IMG/VR virus record: IMGVR_UViG_3300002703_000110
Location: 1 to 61,640 of that record
DNA from: a virus
Taxonomy: Duplodnaviria; Caudoviricetes
Strand: one strand, 5' to 3'
Length of the DNA stretch: 61,640 nt
The translations under genes and the position numbers were made by a program. Shown in pieces: positions 51,527 through 60,010 of this stretch (the first letter of the stretch is position 1; every line of letters begins with the position of its first letter). Below the pieces are notes generated by a model that did no database searches, was not told the origin of the DNA, and saw nothing but the letters and a program-made list of their open reading frames with translations.

Positions 51527-53749
51527 TCATTTTTCATCTCCAAATAATTTATTTAAATTTGTTTGCCCACCAACCACAGCATCCCAATTATAGCCCAAAG
51601 ATTCAATCAATGACCGCATTTTCTGTGCAATTACTCTGTCGGCCATTTTCTCATAATCTATAGTGACTTTCTTTTTTATTTCCTCTTCGGTGATTGTATC
51701 ATCAACACAAAGTTCGGTGTATGGTGTTTTACAATATAATAATTTTGGCTTCATAGAAGCATCAAATTTAATATTAAAAAGTTTTATACCATTACGAAGC
51801 CCCTTTACATGTGCTGTGTTGTTATCAATTTTGTTTACACCCTTCGGCACAGCAATCTCGTGTGCAGATACATTACCAATATTTACTTTATTAAAAACGT
51901 CTTTAACATTTTTTATTGCCTTTTCTGGATTGTTTTCTAAAAGAATTGTTTTAAAAAATTCTTCCATTAAGGTTTTTGTTATTGGTGCTGTGTCGCTGCG
52001 TTTAGTTTCAATACCTGTATATTCAAGCGTGTCTTTTTCAAGACCATCTTTCCAAATCAAGTGTCCAACATATTTTTTCTTTGCGGCTTCTTCACCACCA
52101 GATTTTTTCTTAAAAAACATTTTCTTATAATATTTTTCAAATTTTACTGTTGGGGCAAACTCATCACTTATCTGATTTTTTCTTGCCCAATTTAAAAGCG
52201 CATCATTTACTTTTGTTTCAAGATTTTCACCATCATCCACCGATGGTATGTCTGATATTGCAACCGAGTCGGTGTCACCAGCGACAATTGTTCGTCCATC
52301 ATTTTTCACAACCTGTTGAATGTATTGATTAATTTCTCTGCCTTTTTCTGTAATGAAAGCAGCAATTGTTGGATCATACAATTTGAACATAGGTGTTCCC
52401 ATTGCACCATAGAATGAATTTGCAATATATTTAAGTGATTGTTCTGTAACCTTGTCACTTTCGGTTGCTTTGCCCTCTAATTTTAATTTGCGATATTTTT
52501 CACGTTCATTTAAGATATAGATAATTGCTTTTGGAATCATCTTATCTATATCAGGTGATAAATTGAATGCAATAATAATTGAAGGATAAAGCGATTTAGC
52601 ATCAAGGAAGATTACATTCTCTTTAATACCAGCAGTTGGCTGCAAAACAACAGCACCATCAAAATCAACTTTTTCATGCTTGCGTCTTGGTGGAATTGGT
52701 TTAATTCCTAGCCGAAGCAATAAAGTTTCAATGATGTGTGTTCTTTTGATTGTACTATCGAATTTAATACCAACAATGCGTCGTAAATTTTCGTGATAAA
52801 GAATAAGTCCTGCTTTTTTATCTATTTTATGAAGTGCTATCACATCATTTAAGTTGTATTCAACAATTGTATTCCAATCATTTGCTTCAACAAGATCATG
52901 AATCTTTGCACCAAAGGCTTCATATTTAAAGTCAACATAATGTTCAGAAATATATTTTAATCCATAAGATGGAAACTGCCCCATCGGTTTAGACCAGTCC
53001 TTAAAGAACACCATCATATCCATGTGTGTTCTGCCAGTCAATACATATCTATTCCCAATGTCCATTCCATTACGATTTAATTGTTTTGTGGGTATAGAAT
53101 GATATTTAGAACGTCCAATAATATATGGTAAATCAAATTCAACTGAATTCCAACCAGCAATAATATCTGGATCTGTTTCTTCTATATAATTAAAAAATTC
53201 ACGCAAAAGACTTTTTTCATCGCCACAAGGCACTTGCTGCTCATGAACTTTCTTTTCACCAATTGTAAAAACTTTGGACTCACCAATATAACTATCTAAT
53301 ACGGCAATGGCAATAATAGGATATTTACATAACTCACTATCTATGCCCTCTCCTTTGGGAATATTAATTTCAATATCATAAAACACGGTGCGCGGTTCGA
53401 GAAGCGGGGCATCAACGGGATTTAAATTTTCATCGAACCCATATACAATTTTTTTATCAATGAGATATTGCATCTCATATTGTATATCTGAATTAAAAGT
53501 ATTTATTCCATCTATTTTACATTTTGTTCGTTCATCGCTGACTTCCATTGGAGTTTTACAAACAACTTTCTTAATTGGTGCACCATAACAATTTATATCC
53601 CCGCCATTTGAACTTTCCACATAAAAATATGGTTTAAAATTTTTAATGGCAATTTTTTTTATTTTTCTTGTTTCTACATCACGGGCAAAAATAAAAATAG
53701 TTGGTCTGCCCTGATGAAATTGCCAAGTTATAGATTCCCAAATATACAT
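51527..53749 (-). CDS. polB: Family B DNA polymerase (start reassigned to MYIWE at 53749)
   Basis: Exo motifs YDIE, GWNSVEFD, YNLND; pol motifs DAKSLYPS, K..ANSFYG, GDTDS, KKKY; C-terminal PIP box QTNLNKLF. The 53842 start overlaps the upstream gene. Confidence 0.95.
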   Translation of the reverse strand: MYIWESITWQFHQGRPTIFIFARDVETRKIKKIAIKNFKPYFYVESSNGGDINCYGAPIKKVVCKTPMEVSDERTKCKIDGINTFNSDIQYEMQYLIDKKIVYGFDENLNPVDAPLLEPRTVFYDIEINIPKGEGIDSELCKYPIIAIAVLDSYIGESKVFTIGEKKVHEQQVPCGDEKSLLREFFNYIEETDPDIIAGWNSVEFDLPYIIGRSKYHSIPTKQLNRNGMDIGNRYVLTGRTHMDMMVFFKDWSKPMGQFPSYGLKYISEHYVDFKYEAFGAKIHDLVEANDWNTIVEYNLNDVIALHKIDKKAGLILYHENLRRIVGIKFDSTIKRTHIIETLLLRLGIKPIPPRRKHEKVDFDGAVVLQPTAGIKENVIFLDAKSLYPSIIIAFNLSPDIDKMIPKAIIYILNEREKYRKLKLEGKATESDKVTEQSLKYIANSFYGAMGTPMFKLYDPTIAAFITEKGREINQYIQQVVKNDGRTIVAGDTDSVAISDIPSVDDGENLETKVNDALLNWARKNQISDEFAPTVKFEKYYKKMFFKKKSGGEEAAKKKYVGHLIWKDGLEKDTLEYTGIETKRSDTAPITKTLMEEFFKTILLENNPEKAIKNVKDVFNKVNIGNVSAHEIAVPKGVNKIDNNTAHVKGLRNGIKLFNIKFDASMKPKLLYCKTPYTELCVDDTITEEEIKKKVTIDYEKMADRVIAQKMRSLIESLGYNWDAVVGGQTNLNKLFGDEK

Positions 53750-53750
53750 A

Positions 53751-54317
53751 TTAATCGAGCGCCACAACAAGTAACATAATAATGAAAAACAACAGTAAAC
53801 ACAGACCACCAATAATACCAGCAAGAACATACATAAATCCAAAATTCAGTTTGTATGCCCCCTCTGCAATATCATCGCTCCAACCATCTTCTTGAATAAA
53901 GAATCTTACATTATTAAGTTTTTCTGTATATACATCTTTCATTTGCTGCGAGGAGCCAGATGATGCAGACTGTGACTCTTCCCATTGTTTAAATTCTTCA
54001 ATTCTTATAATAATAGAATCAATATGCTTATATTGCCACTTCATGCTTCTATCCGGTGTTTTATCCCACGGGAAAAGTGCATTATACATATTGTCAGTTA
54101 AACCAACATTTTTCATTCCTTCTTTTGCAGCCACAATTTCTTCAAGCATTGTGTCTGGATCAGCAGCATAATACGCATTTTCTATATGTGAATGAACTTC
54201 TGTATTATACTTAAAGCCTTCAGCGCTCATCGGATATATACCAGCAAAAATTCCACAAATAATACCAAATACAATAAACACAACAACAATAAGTGATGCT
54301 ATAAAATTTCCAGTCAT
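53751..54317 (-). CDS. Membrane protein (N- and C-terminal TM helices)
   Basis: Hydrophobic termini flanking a soluble domain. Confidence 0.6.
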   Translation of the reverse strand: MTGNFIASLIVVVFIVFGIICGIFAGIYPMSAEGFKYNTEVHSHIENAYYAADPDTMLEEIVAAKEGMKNVGLTDNMYNALFPWDKTPDRSMKWQYKHIDSIIIRIEEFKQWEESQSASSGSSQQMKDVYTEKLNNVRFFIQEDGWSDDIAEGAYKLNFGFMYVLAGIIGGLCLLLFFIIMLLVVALD

Positions 54318-55052
54318 TTATTCACCAAGCCACTTAAGAATTTTCTTTCCAACATCTTCAGAAAGTTTTACAGTTTGATTATCAAACATAGATGTTCTGT
54401 CCTTACTCGGAAATGCATTGTGTTCGGAATCAACATCAAACACAATCGTAAATTCATGATCCATTCCTTCTCTTTGAACTGGTGCCAATCCAAGTTTACG
54501 AATTGATGTGCGCCCATCAGCACTCTTATCAATAACATATTCGGGCTTTGACCGCATGGTTGCGATAAGATGTGCTTTGCATCCAAGCATTTTTTCAACG
54601 AACTTCTGATGGATTGGTGTAATTTCAGCCCACGCGGTATATGAATTGCCAGTGCGCTTTGCGGCATAATTTTGTCGTTCAAGTAAACCGCCCTGACCAG
54701 CCCAAGCGTGTGAAATGCTATCTAAAATAATAACATCATAACCAGCATTTTCACCCATCTCAATTGCTTTCATATATTTTTCTGCTGTATATGGGGCATC
54801 CAGCGGCAGAACATCATATTCAACAAGAGATGCATATAAATCACCAGAACCACTTTCTGTATCGACAAGCAAAATTTTCTTTCCGAGTCCTTTTGCAACA
54901 AGAAGAGAACTATATGTTTTTCCAGCGCCCGCTGTGCCACAAATTCCAAGACGGATTTTTGCTTGCTTGCGTTCTGCTTTACGAATTACAAGTTCATCAT
55001 TTCCAGTGGGTTTTACTTCTTCTGTTGGTGCATCTGTTCTTTTAATCGCCAT
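54318..55052 (-). CDS. AAA_24/Sak4-like ssDNA-annealing ATPase
   Basis: GTAGAGKT, VDTE.GS, ILDSISHAW, ATMRSK, EF..VFD, KDRT. Confidence 0.85.
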   Translation of the reverse strand: MAIKRTDAPTEEVKPTGNDELVIRKAERKQAKIRLGICGTAGAGKTYSSLLVAKGLGKKILLVDTESGSGDLYASLVEYDVLPLDAPYTAEKYMKAIEMGENAGYDVIILDSISHAWAGQGGLLERQNYAAKRTGNSYTAWAEITPIHQKFVEKMLGCKAHLIATMRSKPEYVIDKSADGRTSIRKLGLAPVQREGMDHEFTIVFDVDSEHNAFPSKDRTSMFDNQTVKLSEDVGKKILKWLGE

Positions 55053-55262
55053 TATCCATCTCCCTTACAACTTTAATATATTTTCCATTCTTTGTTGTTT
55101 CAAATTTATTATATACATCAGCATATAATAAAAGTTCTCCCTGTGGTGTAAATTTACAAACATAAGGATTTACATAAGAATCAATTTTAACATCTACTCC
55201 ACCATCAGCCTGTTTTTCAAGAGATAGTTCATAAAAATGTTCATTGAGTTTAAATATAACCA

Positions 55263-56291
55263 TTAATCTCCCTCAATGAAAATTTCAATATCGCCAATTA
55301 ATTCTGCATTTGAAGCACTTTCAGGATTTACAATTACAGACAGAATACTAACAGCCCTAGTATCGCGTGTTGGGTCTTCTTTCATACCACGCACGAGCGC
55401 GAACACCTCATTACCAACGAGTGTTGTAGACAGAACAGCAGCAGCATCTTCATTTGTAGAAAAGCCAAACTGTCCCTGCTGATACATATCATTGTTAATT
55501 ACAGCCCATCGCCCACCAGTTCTTGTGTCACCACCATTCTTAATATATCCAGTAGTTAACTTGGTTTCGTTGGGCTTGATTGTTGGCACATCTTCAAGCG
55601 GAATGGCAAATTCAGATGTTTCAGCAAATTTATAAATCGCATCCCACAGTTCTGCATTAGAAAGAGATGCGGCTTTCTGAATACCAGATTTTCCAACATT
55701 GATATATAATTTACCACCAGATTCTTTCTTCTTGCCATAAATATAATATTCTGCGCCTGCTTCTGGATCAATGTTACCAGTTACAATGTTTAATTCATTT
55801 TCAATAACAAAATAACACTTGCGCTTATAGAATGACCGAAGAGGTTTCCTGAAATTCTGATTCTTCATTGTTTTATCTGGATTAAGATATTCTCTCATAT
55901 CAAGAGGAACAGCGACTTCAACGCCATCGACTTCCTTTAATGCAACCCCATACACAACTCCATCCAGAGTATAACCTGTGTCAGAATCTTTACCAATAAT
56001 GGTTTTTGCTTTGGTCTTTTCAGAATTGAAATATGTCAAAGTATTATCTGCATATTGTTTGTTCTGATCATATTTGTTTTCATAACCAATGCAAATGCCC
56101 TTATAACGCTCACCCTTACGAGATGAAATTTTAGAAATAGCAAATGAAATAAGAGCCTCTACTTCATTATCGGGCATATCTCCCTTTTCTTTCTTAATTT
56201 TCGCAACAGCCGACTTAATTTTATCGGTTGCTTTCGTCTTATCCATGCCTGTTGCTACAAGCACATCAACAAACTTTTTAATGTCCACCAT
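55263..56291 (-). CDS. Putative ssDNA-binding (OB-fold-like) protein
   Basis: Helical N-terminus, beta-rich body, acidic end, next to Sak4-like gene; function inferred from context only. Confidence 0.35.
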   Translation of the reverse strand: MVDIKKFVDVLVATGMDKTKATDKIKSAVAKIKKEKGDMPDNEVEALISFAISKISSRKGERYKGICIGYENKYDQNKQYADNTLTYFNSEKTKAKTIIGKDSDTGYTLDGVVYGVALKEVDGVEVAVPLDMREYLNPDKTMKNQNFRKPLRSFYKRKCYFVIENELNIVTGNIDPEAGAEYYIYGKKKESGGKLYINVGKSGIQKAASLSNAELWDAIYKFAETSEFAIPLEDVPTIKPNETKLTTGYIKNGGDTRTGGRWAVINNDMYQQGQFGFSTNEDAAAVLSTTLVGNEVFALVRGMKEDPTRDTRAVSILSVIVNPESASNAELIGDIEIFIEGD

Positions 56292-56354
56292 AATAAAACT
56301 CTATATCTTTTTATTCAAATGTGTTAACACGGTGTTTTACATGCCCTCGCATCA

Positions 56355-56426
56355 TGCACATAAACAGAATCGGACTGTTGATATCTTCTCTGTAAAAGAA
56401 GCACCTTTCCACTAGGTTATACGTGC
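56355..56426 (-). tRNA. tRNA-Val(TAC)
   Basis: Cloverleaf; anticodon arm CTTCT-TTTACAG-AGAAG. Confidence 0.8.
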
Positions 56427-56444
56427 CATTTTTCAAACTTCATA

Positions 56445-56526
56445 CGTCAGCAGAAGGACTTGAACCTTCGAGAGCAATGCCCCACAGGTTAGCAACCTGC
56501 TACCGTGACCTCTTGGTTATGCTGAC
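56445..56526 (-). tRNA. tRNA-Ser(GCT)
   Basis: GCAGG-TTGCTAA-CCTGT, long variable arm, TTCAAGT T-loop, G73. Confidence 0.9.
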
Positions 56527-56534
56527 AATAATAA

Positions 56535-56608
56535 GGTGGCTGAATTGATTATTCGCGGGTCTAACGATACGTCAACCATTTAACTTCACCCGATTAAATT
56601 GAAGCACC
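56535..56608 (-). ncRNA. Small structured non-tRNA element between tRNAs
   Basis: Terminal GGTGCT/AGCCACC helix, CGGGT/ACCCG helix, inner TTGACG/CGTTAG hairpin. Confidence 0.4.
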
Positions 56609-56614
56609 ACAAAA

Positions 56615-56685
56615 TGGACTATACGGGTAATGCTCCCGTGCTATCGGATTAAAAGTCCGATGTGCTACTATTACACCAATAGTCC
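56615..56685 (-). tRNA. tRNA-Lys(TTT), atypical T-loop
   Basis: TCGGA-CTTTTAA-TCCGA; T-loop AGCATTA. Confidence 0.85.
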
Positions 56686-56690
56686 AAAAA

Positions 56691-57173
56691 TTAAAGTGAT
56701 AAAATATAATTTACCAACTCTTTTGTTTTCTTCAAAGATTCAATTTGTTTATCTAAAGAACAATCTTCATATGATTTTACACAAATCTTAAGTTTAAACT
56801 TTTTTATTACTTCTTCTACTTTATCCTTTGCTATACGAAGTGATATACATCCATCACTTCCGCAAACATCTAAAACATTTGGAATTATATCAAATGTGTA
56901 ATGATAATTACCAGCACAAGAGAGATTTAAAAATTCGTCTTCCCAATCAGATTCATCATCCGCATCACCAAAATACGAGAAATAATAATGAATAGAAGAT
57001 TTAATATCATATTCAAATTTCCATTGGGGTTTTGAAATAAGCCCAGAATCAATAATTAATTGTTGCCTCTCATTTGTTATAAATTCATCTATTTCATTTG
57101 CTTTTTCCCGCAATTTAGAACTTTGATTATAAAGTTCCTTTTTTTGTTTTAGTAACTCATCGAGTTTTGTCAT
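56691..57173 (-). CDS. Hypothetical protein
   Basis: 160-aa ORF downstream of a conserved promoter motif. Confidence 0.55.
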   Translation of the reverse strand: MTKLDELLKQKKELYNQSSKLREKANEIDEFITNERQQLIIDSGLISKPQWKFEYDIKSSIHYYFSYFGDADDESDWEDEFLNLSCAGNYHYTFDIIPNVLDVCGSDGCISLRIAKDKVEEVIKKFKLKICVKSYEDCSLDKQIESLKKTKELVNYILSL

Positions 57174-57198
57174 AACAACTTCCCATTTAGTATTTGTT

Positions 57199-57211
57199 TT
57201 AAAAGTATTTA
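57199..57211 (-). promoter_or_regulatory. Conserved viral promoter core TAAATACTTTTAA
   Basis: Identical 13-mer also at 58635..58647 and 61405..61417, each upstream of a minus-strand gene. Confidence 0.6.
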
Positions 57212-57218
57212 ATACTTA

Positions 57219-57512
57219 CTAACACCACAATAATTCATTAACTTCTTGTTTTAATTCTATAAGTTTTTTTAAACTATCTCCATGACACCGCTTTGGTTTA
57301 CAAAAACAACCAAAACGCCTTGCTTTCATCAGTGGTGATAAATCAAGTTTTGGGATAATATATTTTTCATAAAGATCAATCACACGGTCGCGCTCCGCCA
57401 CTGTGTTATTTTTTATTCTAAAAGGATTTCCCCACGGAGAGCCACGACCAATATAAACATCGCCCTCTTTACCCCAATCTTTACAAGTTTTTAAATTAAT
57501 AACTTTAACCAT
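57219..57512 (-). CDS. DUF4326 family protein
   Basis: DVYIGRGSPWGNPF...GCFCKP..CHGD.L. Confidence 0.85.
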   Translation of the reverse strand: MVKVINLKTCKDWGKEGDVYIGRGSPWGNPFRIKNNTVAERDRVIDLYEKYIIPKLDLSPLMKARRFGCFCKPKRCHGDSLKKLIELKQEVNELLWC

Positions 57513-57513
57513 A

Positions 57514-57584
57514 TACGGTATGTGGGAATTGAACCCACGATCTCTCGTTGGAAGCGAGAAATATTTCCACTATACTAATACCGT
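57514..57584 (-). tRNA. tRNA-Gly(TCC)
   Basis: TCTCG-CTTCCAA-CGAGA; TTCAATT T-loop. Confidence 0.9.
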
Positions 57585-58058
57585 TTATCTGTGGTAGTTA
57601 TATGGTCTACCATTACCATTGTTTTTTGAACCATAGTTTTCAGTAAAAGCATGACAATTTTTACACAACAATTTTAAATTACTTCTTTTATTATTTTTAA
57701 AATTACCATCAATATGATGAACATCCAATGAAATTGATTTGCCCATCCATTCGTGTAATCCGCATTCCTCACACTTATGTTATCTTTCTTGTATTAATAT
57801 TTTTCTTACTGTTTTTGGAGAAACATACATTCCACAATTAAATTTATTAATATTATCTGATTTAATAGATTTTTTATAACAAATTAAACATATTATATTG
57901 TCTGTGTGTCTAGGATTTTTGACAATTGCATTACATACTTTACAATGATAAACTTTCTTTTTTAATTTATTTCTAAAACTTGCAGCACAACTTCTATTAC
58001 AAAAAATATTATGTGGTTTATTTATTATTTCTTTTCCATACTATAAACAGATATTCAT
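57585..58058 (-). pseudogene. Inactivated HNH homing endonuclease
   Basis: One frame: MNICL*YGK...FCNRSC...IQER*HKCEECG...LDVHHIDG...NLKLLCKNCHA; internal TAG and TAA. Confidence 0.85.
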
Positions 58059-58073
58059 TATTATTCTCCAATA

Positions 58074-58144
58074 CGCTTAATGTGGGTAATGCTCCCACTT
58101 CTCATCCGTGACAGGAATGCATACTGCTTCTATACTAATTAAGC
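58074..58144 (-). tRNA. tRNA-Asp(GTC), atypical T-loop
   Basis: CATTC-CTGTCAC-GGATG; T-loop AGCATTA; G73. Confidence 0.85.
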
Positions 58145-58147
58145 AAA

Positions 58148-58220
58148 CGTGCCTAGAGCGACTTGAACGCTCAATCTTTTGGTTCGTAGCCAAACGGATT
58201 ATCCATTTTCCTATAGACAC
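58148..58220 (-). tRNA. tRNA-Arg(ACG)
   Basis: TTTGG-CTACGAA-CCAAA; canonical D and T loops. Confidence 0.9.
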
Positions 58221-58222
58221 CA

Positions 58223-58296
58223 CACTCTTGCGGAGAATTGAACTCCGATTATTTCTGATTAGAAGTCAGATGCCATATCCTTTAGGCGACAAGAGT
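58223..58296 (-). tRNA. tRNA-Arg(TCT)
   Basis: TCTGA-CTTCTAA-TCAGA. Confidence 0.9.
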
Positions 58297-58300
58297 AAAA

Positions 58301-58373
58301 TGCTTCGTGTGGAATTCGCGCCCACGTCGAGGGGTTGAAAGTCTTCCATGATTGACTGCTACACTAATGAAGC
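58301..58373 (-). tRNA. tRNA-Glu(TTC), degenerate or pseudo
   Basis: Acceptor and T stems present; anticodon stem poorly paired around CTTTCAA. Confidence 0.6.
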
Positions 58374-58376
58374 CTA

Positions 58377-58448
58377 TCTCAACAGCAGGAATTGAACCTG
58401 CATCATTTCGATCTACAGTTGAGTGCAAAACCATTATGCTATGTTGAG
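58377..58448 (-). tRNA. tRNA-Tyr(GTA), archaeal type
   Basis: C1:G72, A73, short variable loop; two mismatches in the anticodon stem. Confidence 0.75.
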
Positions 58449-58460
58449 TAATAATAAATT

Positions 58461-58530
58461 TCTGGTGATTCTATGCTTCTCACCAGTTGGCTCTGTAGTC
58501 TAATACAAGACTTCTTCCGCATACCAGAGC
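58461..58530 (-). ncRNA. Small structured non-tRNA element between tRNAs
   Basis: GCTCTG/CAGAGC enclosing AGTCT/AGACT, then CTGGTGA/TCACCAG hairpin. Confidence 0.4.
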
Positions 58531-58533
58531 CAA

Positions 58534-58616
58534 TGTATGGAACAGGATTTGCACCTGTGAACTCCTACGAGAGCGCATCTTAAGTGCGCCGGGTTTTACT
58601 ACTTCCCTATCCATAC
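58534..58616 (-). tRNA. tRNA-Leu(TAA)
   Basis: GCGCA-CTTAAGA-TGCGC, long variable arm, T-loop TGCAAAT. Confidence 0.9.
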
Positions 58617-58620
58617 TCCC

Positions 58621-58650
58621 TATACATATTAGTCTTAAAAGTATTTATAA
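58621..58650 (-). promoter_or_regulatory. Promoter of the tRNA sub-array
   Basis: TTATAAATACTTTTAA....ATATGTATAG, near-identical to 61391..61420. Confidence 0.65.
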
Positions 58651-58658
58651 TTTATCAT

Positions 58659-58979
58659 TTAATTTACTGCTCTTGCTTCTTCTTTAGTAAGACCATATTT
58701 ATAACACATATCCTTAAAAATTTTACCATGTCCATCATATCCTAATTCACGAATACACTTTACATGTATAAGTTCATGCTTTAAAAGACTTATAATTTTA
58801 TTGCATGTTAAATATGCAATTGAATATTTATTAAATTCAATTTTATCACTATAAGCAAGTGCAACTATAACACGATTACCGCAACGTGAATATTTTAATG
58901 GCACTACTTTTGGAACATCCGCAATTTCAAATTCTTTGCACAACTATTCACATATTTTATTTATTTGTTCGTAATTCAT
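58659..58979 (-). pseudogene. SprT-like zinc metalloprotease, interrupted by TAG near the N-terminus (or starting at TTG 58943)
   Basis: HELIH...GHG..F motif; ATG at 58979 is in frame but codon 12 is TAG. Confidence 0.55.
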
Positions 58980-59051
58980 GATGGGATCATCTATTCTCCG
59001 TTTATCTAATGACTTTTCTTCACCAAATATTTTAAAAATATCAATCAACTA

Positions 59052-59122
59052 TGAGGTTATTGTGAATTGAACACAAACTTAATCGTCCCAAACGACCAAT
59101 CATACCGCTAGATCATAACCCC
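59052..59122 (-). tRNA. tRNA-Pro(TGG)
   Basis: GGTCG-TTTGGGA-CGATT. Confidence 0.85.
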
Positions 59123-59126
59123 AAAA

Positions 59127-59199
59127 CGGGCTAGGTAAGGTTCGAACTTACATCCACTTCGTTAACAGCGAAGCGCACCACCAATTGTGCTACCAGCCC
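59127..59199 (-). tRNA. tRNA-Asn(GTT)
   Basis: CTTCG-CTGTTAA-CGAAG; TTCGAAC T-loop. Confidence 0.9.
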
Positions 59200-59433
59200 A
59201 AAAAATTATATAAGTCCTTTTTCTAATCTCCATTTTACATATTTTGACTCATTACTAAACAATAAATTATTTATTGTAATTATATTTAAATCACCACTAT
59301 ATTTATTTGTAATAATTTCACCATCCACATTTTTTATATAAAAATATGCATGATAATTACTACCACGATATTTACGAAAATTACCACCAATGGCTTTTAT
59401 TTTTTTTCTTAATGTTTTCATTGTTATCATAAA

Positions 59434-59507
59434 TTGTAAGTGCTGGACTCGAACCAGCAGTCTTCAGATTATGGGTCTGATGAGATGTCCATTTTCTCCA
59501 ACTCACA
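59434..59507 (-). tRNA. tRNA with CAT anticodon (Met, or Ile2), C33
   Basis: TCAGA-CCCATAA-TCTGA; TTCGAGT T-loop. Confidence 0.8.
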
Positions 59508-59735
59508 GAATATATATGTATGGCAGGGCAACTTTAGAACTATAATAAGCGCAATTCTACCATACACCAACTATACAAATTTCTAACATAATAAATATAT
59601 TCTACTATCAACCTACCGATTCGTAGTCTCAATAAAACATTGCACCACTTTAATAATAAGATGTGGTCATACGGTTGCGCTTACTCCTTGGACGAAGCCA
59701 TTTACTGTAATTTAGACATTGGCGCAATATAATAC

Positions 59736-59817
59736 TACTCGCTCATATTCCGATTGGCCTATCAGATATGACTTGATAATATTTGCAACTATTATCTCGA
59801 ACCCACGGTTACGAGTA
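59736..59817 (-). ncRNA. Four-way-junction tRNA-like RNA
   Basis: TACTCGT/GCGAGTA closing stem with three internal hairpins; begins immediately 3' of tRNA-Thr. Confidence 0.5.
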
Positions 59818-59818
59818 A

Positions 59819-59891
59819 AGCCAGTGACGGGGATCGAACCCGCTATTTCTCGCTTACAAGGCGAGCACCGTGCCATTACGGTTCCACTGGC
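59819..59891 (-). tRNA. tRNA-Thr(TGT)
   Basis: CTCGC-CTTGTAA-GCGAG; U73. Confidence 0.9.
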
Positions 59892-60010
59892 AAAAATTAT
59901 TATAGAGATTATTATTTGAAAACTTCGTAAGGAAACCTCTATAATTTTTTATTTTCTAGTTCTCTACCAAAATTATGAAAAAGAATAGTTTAACGTGTTA
60001 TTCAGCACCA

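Noticed and set aside
53750-53842. Hydrophobic N-terminal extension on PolB
   Set aside because: Artefact of overlap with the upstream membrane-protein gene; the ATG at 53749 follows its stop codon
58108-58338. Plus-strand ORFs across the tRNA array (also 59719..59919, 60416..60628)
   Set aside because: Antisense to tRNA genes
57585-58979. Genome-wide amber recoding or pyrrolysine use
   Set aside because: TAG terminates normal genes (e.g. 26831..27181, 28642..30357), no CTA-anticodon tRNA was found, and the HNH gene also has an internal TAA
59912-59937. Solitary CRISPR-repeat mimic ending in GGAAAC
   Set aside because: Similarity is limited to a short terminal motif and cannot be supported without the host repeat
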